Shown here in pieces: positions 63,540 to 64,000 of a DNA stretch of 64,000 nt (its first letter is position 1; every line of letters starts with the position of its first letter). The position numbers were made by a program, and so were the translations under genes. The stretch is taken from positions 160,001 to 224,000 of the forward strand of contig CAWDOD010000002.1 of assembly GCA_963803805.1 (NCBI GenBank), read 5' to 3'. This DNA comes from an uncultured cyanobacterium. GTDB lineage: Bacteria > Cyanobacteriota > Cyanobacteriia > Cyanobacteriales > CAWCAG01. Below the pieces are notes generated by a model. That model was not told where the DNA came from and did not search any database. It saw only the letters and a list, made by a program, of their open reading frames with translations.

Positions 63540-64000
63540 GTGTTTGAAAAAATTCGCTATCGTTTATTTCTCTCCAACCTACTAGTCTTGGCTTTAGTGT
63601 TGACAGGTTTTGCTTTTGTCGTGCGCTTGGTTTTCATTCGCAACCTCAAACAGCAGCAAACTGAGCAATTAATAGCTTTAGCCCAAGCAGCAGCCGCAAG
63701 CACTGAATTTGATAGGGGATATTTAGAATCGGAAGCAAAATTTTCTTCACAACAACTAAAAGATCGCCAGCAAGCTTTTCAATGGTTTGATTCCCAAGGT
63801 AAGTTGATTGAACAACAGGGCGATCGCCTCTACATTCCTACTTTACCCCTTGAAGACGAGCAAACTGTGCAAACTCAAACCGACAAAATTAGGCTTCAGG
63901 TAGTAACTTTACCCATCATTGGCAGGGCTACTAAGCGGTCAATTGGCTATATCCGCGTCAGTCAGTCCCTAGAAGAAATTGATGAAACTATCTCTCGACT
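63540..64000 (+). CDS. Probable sensor histidine kinase N-terminus, truncated by window end
   Basis: GTG start MFEKIRYRLFLSNLLVLALVLTGFAFVV (TM helix), directly after the response regulator; catalytic part not visible. Confidence 0.7.
   Translation, partial: MFEKIRYRLFLSNLLVLALVLTGFAFVVRLVFIRNLKQQQTEQLIALAQAAAASTEFDRGYLESEAKFSSQQLKDRQQAFQWFDSQGKLIEQQGDRLYIPTLPLEDEQTVQTQTDKIRLQVVTLPIIGRATKRSIGYIRVSQSLEEIDETISR

Overview
AT-rich cyanobacterial chromosome segment, judged from frequent HIP1 GCGATCGC octamers, heptamer tandem repeats and typical cyanobacterial genes. Housekeeping and signalling genes (cysK, dnaB with a mini-intein, rel, murD, glyQ, mnmE, dxs, pip, ndbB, lepA, mnmG, several two-component proteins) flank an ~18-kb accessory island at ~33.0-51.0 kb in which I saw no HIP1 sites. 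The island looks like an eCIS/DUF4157-linked polymorphic-toxin locus. It has a divergent AAA+ ATPase and a DUF4157 toxin whose putative RNase tip is split by an IS982, followed by an abutting immunity-like gene. Next comes a headless 1342-aa toxin module with a nucleotidyltransferase-like GS..SDYD motif. Downstream is a ~1.65-kb tandem array of variant copies of that toxin's last ~230 aa, each paired with a variant WD40 beta-propeller gene; the copies are mosaic and the array is truncated by an ISL3. Other notable items are a single-chain DarT-DarG(macro) fusion after lepA, a promoter/terminator-bounded ~57-nt sRNA candidate, and a twice-occurring promoter-bearing intergenic element. Four single-base frameshifts, one in the housekeeping rel gene, suggest assembly indel errors. 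All family calls come from motif recognition by eye; no database search was run.
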